Made by a program: the position numbers and the translations under genes
Shown: positions 19,995-22,642 of the stretch, one piece after another
Numbering within the stretch: position 1 is the stretch's first letter
Layout of the letters: each line of letters opens with the position of its first letter
Notes under the pieces: model-generated
The model's input: only the letters and a program-made list of their open reading frames with translations
What the model was told of the DNA's origin: nothing
Database searches by the model: none
Virus record (IMG/VR): IMGVR_UViG_2778261067_000001
DNA length: 22,642 bases
Strand: one strand, 5' to 3'
Origin: a virus
Taxonomy: Duplodnaviria > Heunggongvirae > Uroviricota > Caudoviricetes

Positions 19995-20016
19995 GCAAAA
20001 AAGCTCCCGAAGGAGC
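19995..20016 (-). terminator. Rho-independent terminator (GCUCC UUCG GGAGC + U6) downstream of the cspI-like gene
   Basis: Perfect 5-bp GC-rich stem with UUCG tetraloop followed by UUUUUUG on the minus strand. Confidence 0.6.
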
Positions 20017-20223
20017 CTTCATTTTCACTTTTTTAAATCCAACGACAGACGGCTGGCATTTAAGTATTGTGAAATATTATCAAATGTAATCATCATTGAT
20101 TTACAAAAGATACATTTTGCCCCGAAAGGATTCATGTCAGAAACATCAAAAGATGATGTTCTATACTGGGAACCATGACAACACGGGCATCTAAAGTGAA
20201 TATGGTTTGTAATATTGTCTACC

Positions 20224-20436
20224 TCAAAGCGCCACTACATGAACAGCGGCAGGACCTTTAGGTCCGTTCTCAATACCAAATTCAACTTCCTGATTCTCAG
20301 TTAATGTTTTGAAATCGTTGCTCTGAATTGCTGAGAAATGGACAAACACATCTTTGCTGCCATCTTTCGGCGTGATGAAACCAAAACCTTTTTCAGGGTT
20401 AAACCATTTCACTAAACCAGTCATTTTGTTAGACAT
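20224..20436 (-). CDS. cspI: Cold-shock protein, CspA family (CspI-like)
   Basis: 70-aa [73 protein letters not shown] with RNP1 (KGFGFI) and RNP2 (VFVHF) motifs. Confidence 0.92.
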   Translation of the reverse strand: MSNKMTGLVKWFNPEKGFGFITPKDGSKDVFVHFSAIQSNDFKTLTENQEVEFGIENGPKGPAAVHVVAL

Positions 20437-20620
20437 AATTATTACCTTTTGAAGAAATTAGCCCTTGGGCAGAATGGTCCGAAAAAAAATATCAGAGAGA
20501 AAAACCAACAAGGAAATCTCAAGAGGTACAAATAATAAAATTATAACAATGACTGCTTCAGATAAATTTGTAACAAACCAGAACACCATTAACGCATGAT
20601 TAACCACCCATAGCAAGGAT
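20437..20620 (-). promoter_or_regulatory. Putative long AT-rich 5' UTR / promoter region of the cspI-like gene
   Basis: ~360-bp AT-rich non-coding gap upstream of cspI; CspA-family genes characteristically have ~150-nt regulatory leaders (established knowledge); boundaries not determinable from sequence alone. Confidence 0.35.
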
Positions 20621-20798
20621 TACTTTTGTAAAGAAAAACACAGCAATGAAAGAATAGCTTTATTTATTAATAAAACGTGTCATTCTGATTAAGACCTTTT
20701 ATCTTACCCTTAAGATTTCAGGAATTTTGGCTCATGGAAGAGTCCTTTTTATTTAAATTTTACATTCCGCGATGTAAATGTTCCGATTTAATATTACC

Positions 20799-21822
<1,024 letters not shown>

Positions 21823-21826
<4 letters not shown>

Positions 21827-22134
21827 ATATATTTATGATGAGGACGCTCGTGCTTATTGGCAGGATTTTCAATCTTAAAGGAGTACTGATGCTGCAGATA
21901 AGACTCAACTTTTTCTGACAATTTTTCTGCTACTTCCAGGAAGACTTGCCGGACGCTCCTTCTGGCTGCTGCCTCATAAAACTCCAGCGCAGCTCCTTCA
22001 ACACGGTCCATGGCGACATCCAGGTCAAAAATTTCACCGTCAAAGCGTTCCTTGTCCTGTAAGGCTACAGTTACCGTAACTTTATTCTCAAAATTACGGA
22101 CTCCTTTCACAACCAGTTCATAGTCTTGAGTCAT
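21823..22134 (-). CDS. ydfR: DUF1327-family protein (YdfR-like) inserted between holin and endolysin
   Basis: 103-aa ORF MTQDYELVVKGVRNFENKVTVTVALQDKERFDGEIFDLDVAMDRVEGAALEFYEAAARRSV...; GAGGAGAG Shine-Dalgarno; position matches ydfR in the K-12 Qin lysis cassette. Confidence 0.7.
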
Positions 22135-22138
22135 TGGA

Positions 22139-22354
22139 TTACTCTCCTCTCGCAGCCTTACGCCTGTCTTCTTTAATCTTGAAATAAAGATTTGTCAGAT
22201 ACGTCAGCAGGCCAAAAACCAGGCTACCCAGCACACCGATTGCAGCCCACTGTGACGGAGTTACTTTATCGAGTAACTGTAATGCCCAGAAACCAGCATT
22301 ACCCGCCGATGTGCCATAGGCAACACCTGTTGTTAACTTATCCATTGATTTCAT
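22139..22354 (-). CDS. S: Pinholin (phage 21 S / EssD-EssQ family), 71 aa with dual-start motif
   Basis: ATG at 22354 gives [71 protein letters not shown]; two TM segments and a charged C-terminus; Met1-Lys-Ser-Met4 dual start as in S21 (longer form antiholin, shorter form holin); the track ORF start at 22432 is upstream read-through. Confidence 0.9.
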   Translation of the reverse strand: MKSMDKLTTGVAYGTSAGNAGFWALQLLDKVTPSQWAAIGVLGSLVFGLLTYLTNLYFKIKEDRRKAARGE

Positions 22355-22432
22355 ATCCTCACCCCGATGTACACGGATGGTGCAATATGTTTGAAAAAGA
22401 TCGGAGTCTACGGGGTAGTTTTGACAGCACAC

Positions 22433-22642
22433 GTTGTTCTCAACGGCGCTAAAGAAACATACACATTAAAAATGTGAGTAATTATTTTGAAAGAAAGTCA
22501 TATATAAAATAATAATACGAGAAATGTTTTCATATTTAGTGTACTGTATACGGCCATTTATACAGTGGATTTGCCCCTATATTTCCAGACACCTGTTATC
22601 ACTTAACCCATTACTGGCTTGCTGCCGTAGATATTCCCGTGG
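22433..22642 (-). promoter_or_regulatory. Putative late-gene regulatory region upstream of the lysis cassette (expected site of the Q-dependent late promoter, qut and leader)
   Basis: AT-rich non-coding sequence immediately upstream of the holin, containing a perfect 8-bp inverted repeat ACTGTATA-N8-TATACAGT (22543-22566); assignment by position in a lambdoid late operon; no promoter hexamers confidently identified. Confidence 0.35.

Noticed and set aside
19969-20178. 69-aa plus-strand ORF in the gap downstream of cspI, and a possible 36-aa minus-strand ORF (MNPFGAKCIFCKSMMITFDN...) in the same gap
   Set aside because: The plus-strand ORF has no ATG with a Shine-Dalgarno and runs through the terminator hairpin; the minus-strand ORF is very short with no clear ribosome-binding site. 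Neither could be supported, though a small ynfN-like gene here cannot be excluded.

Overview
This window is the late (morphogenetic and lysis) region of a lambdoid prophage of an Escherichia/Shigella-type host, with essentially every real gene on the minus strand. Reading from high to low coordinates: a phage-21-type lysis cassette (pinholin, DUF1327 gene, SAR endolysin, Rz/Rz1), an AT-rich moron island (cspI-like cold-shock gene, a hypothetical small gene, a gnsB-like gene missed by the ORF track, a plus-strand DUF1398 gene, a ybcW-like gene), a candidate cos site, then terminase small and large subunits, gpW-like connector, portal, a ClpP-like protease fused to the major capsid protein, head-completion genes, and a lambda-like tail module (Z, U, V, G/T with frameshift, tape measure H, M, L, K, I, and a 3'-truncated J). 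Most long plus-strand ORFs in the track are antisense artefacts. I see no clear defence-system signature (no large ATPase, nuclease, methyltransferase, reverse transcriptase or CRISPR array) and no tRNA. The most plausible place for undescribed biology is the moron island between Rz and cos, which contains several small genes of unknown function. All homology statements are from reading translated sequence and recalled reference proteins, not from a database search.
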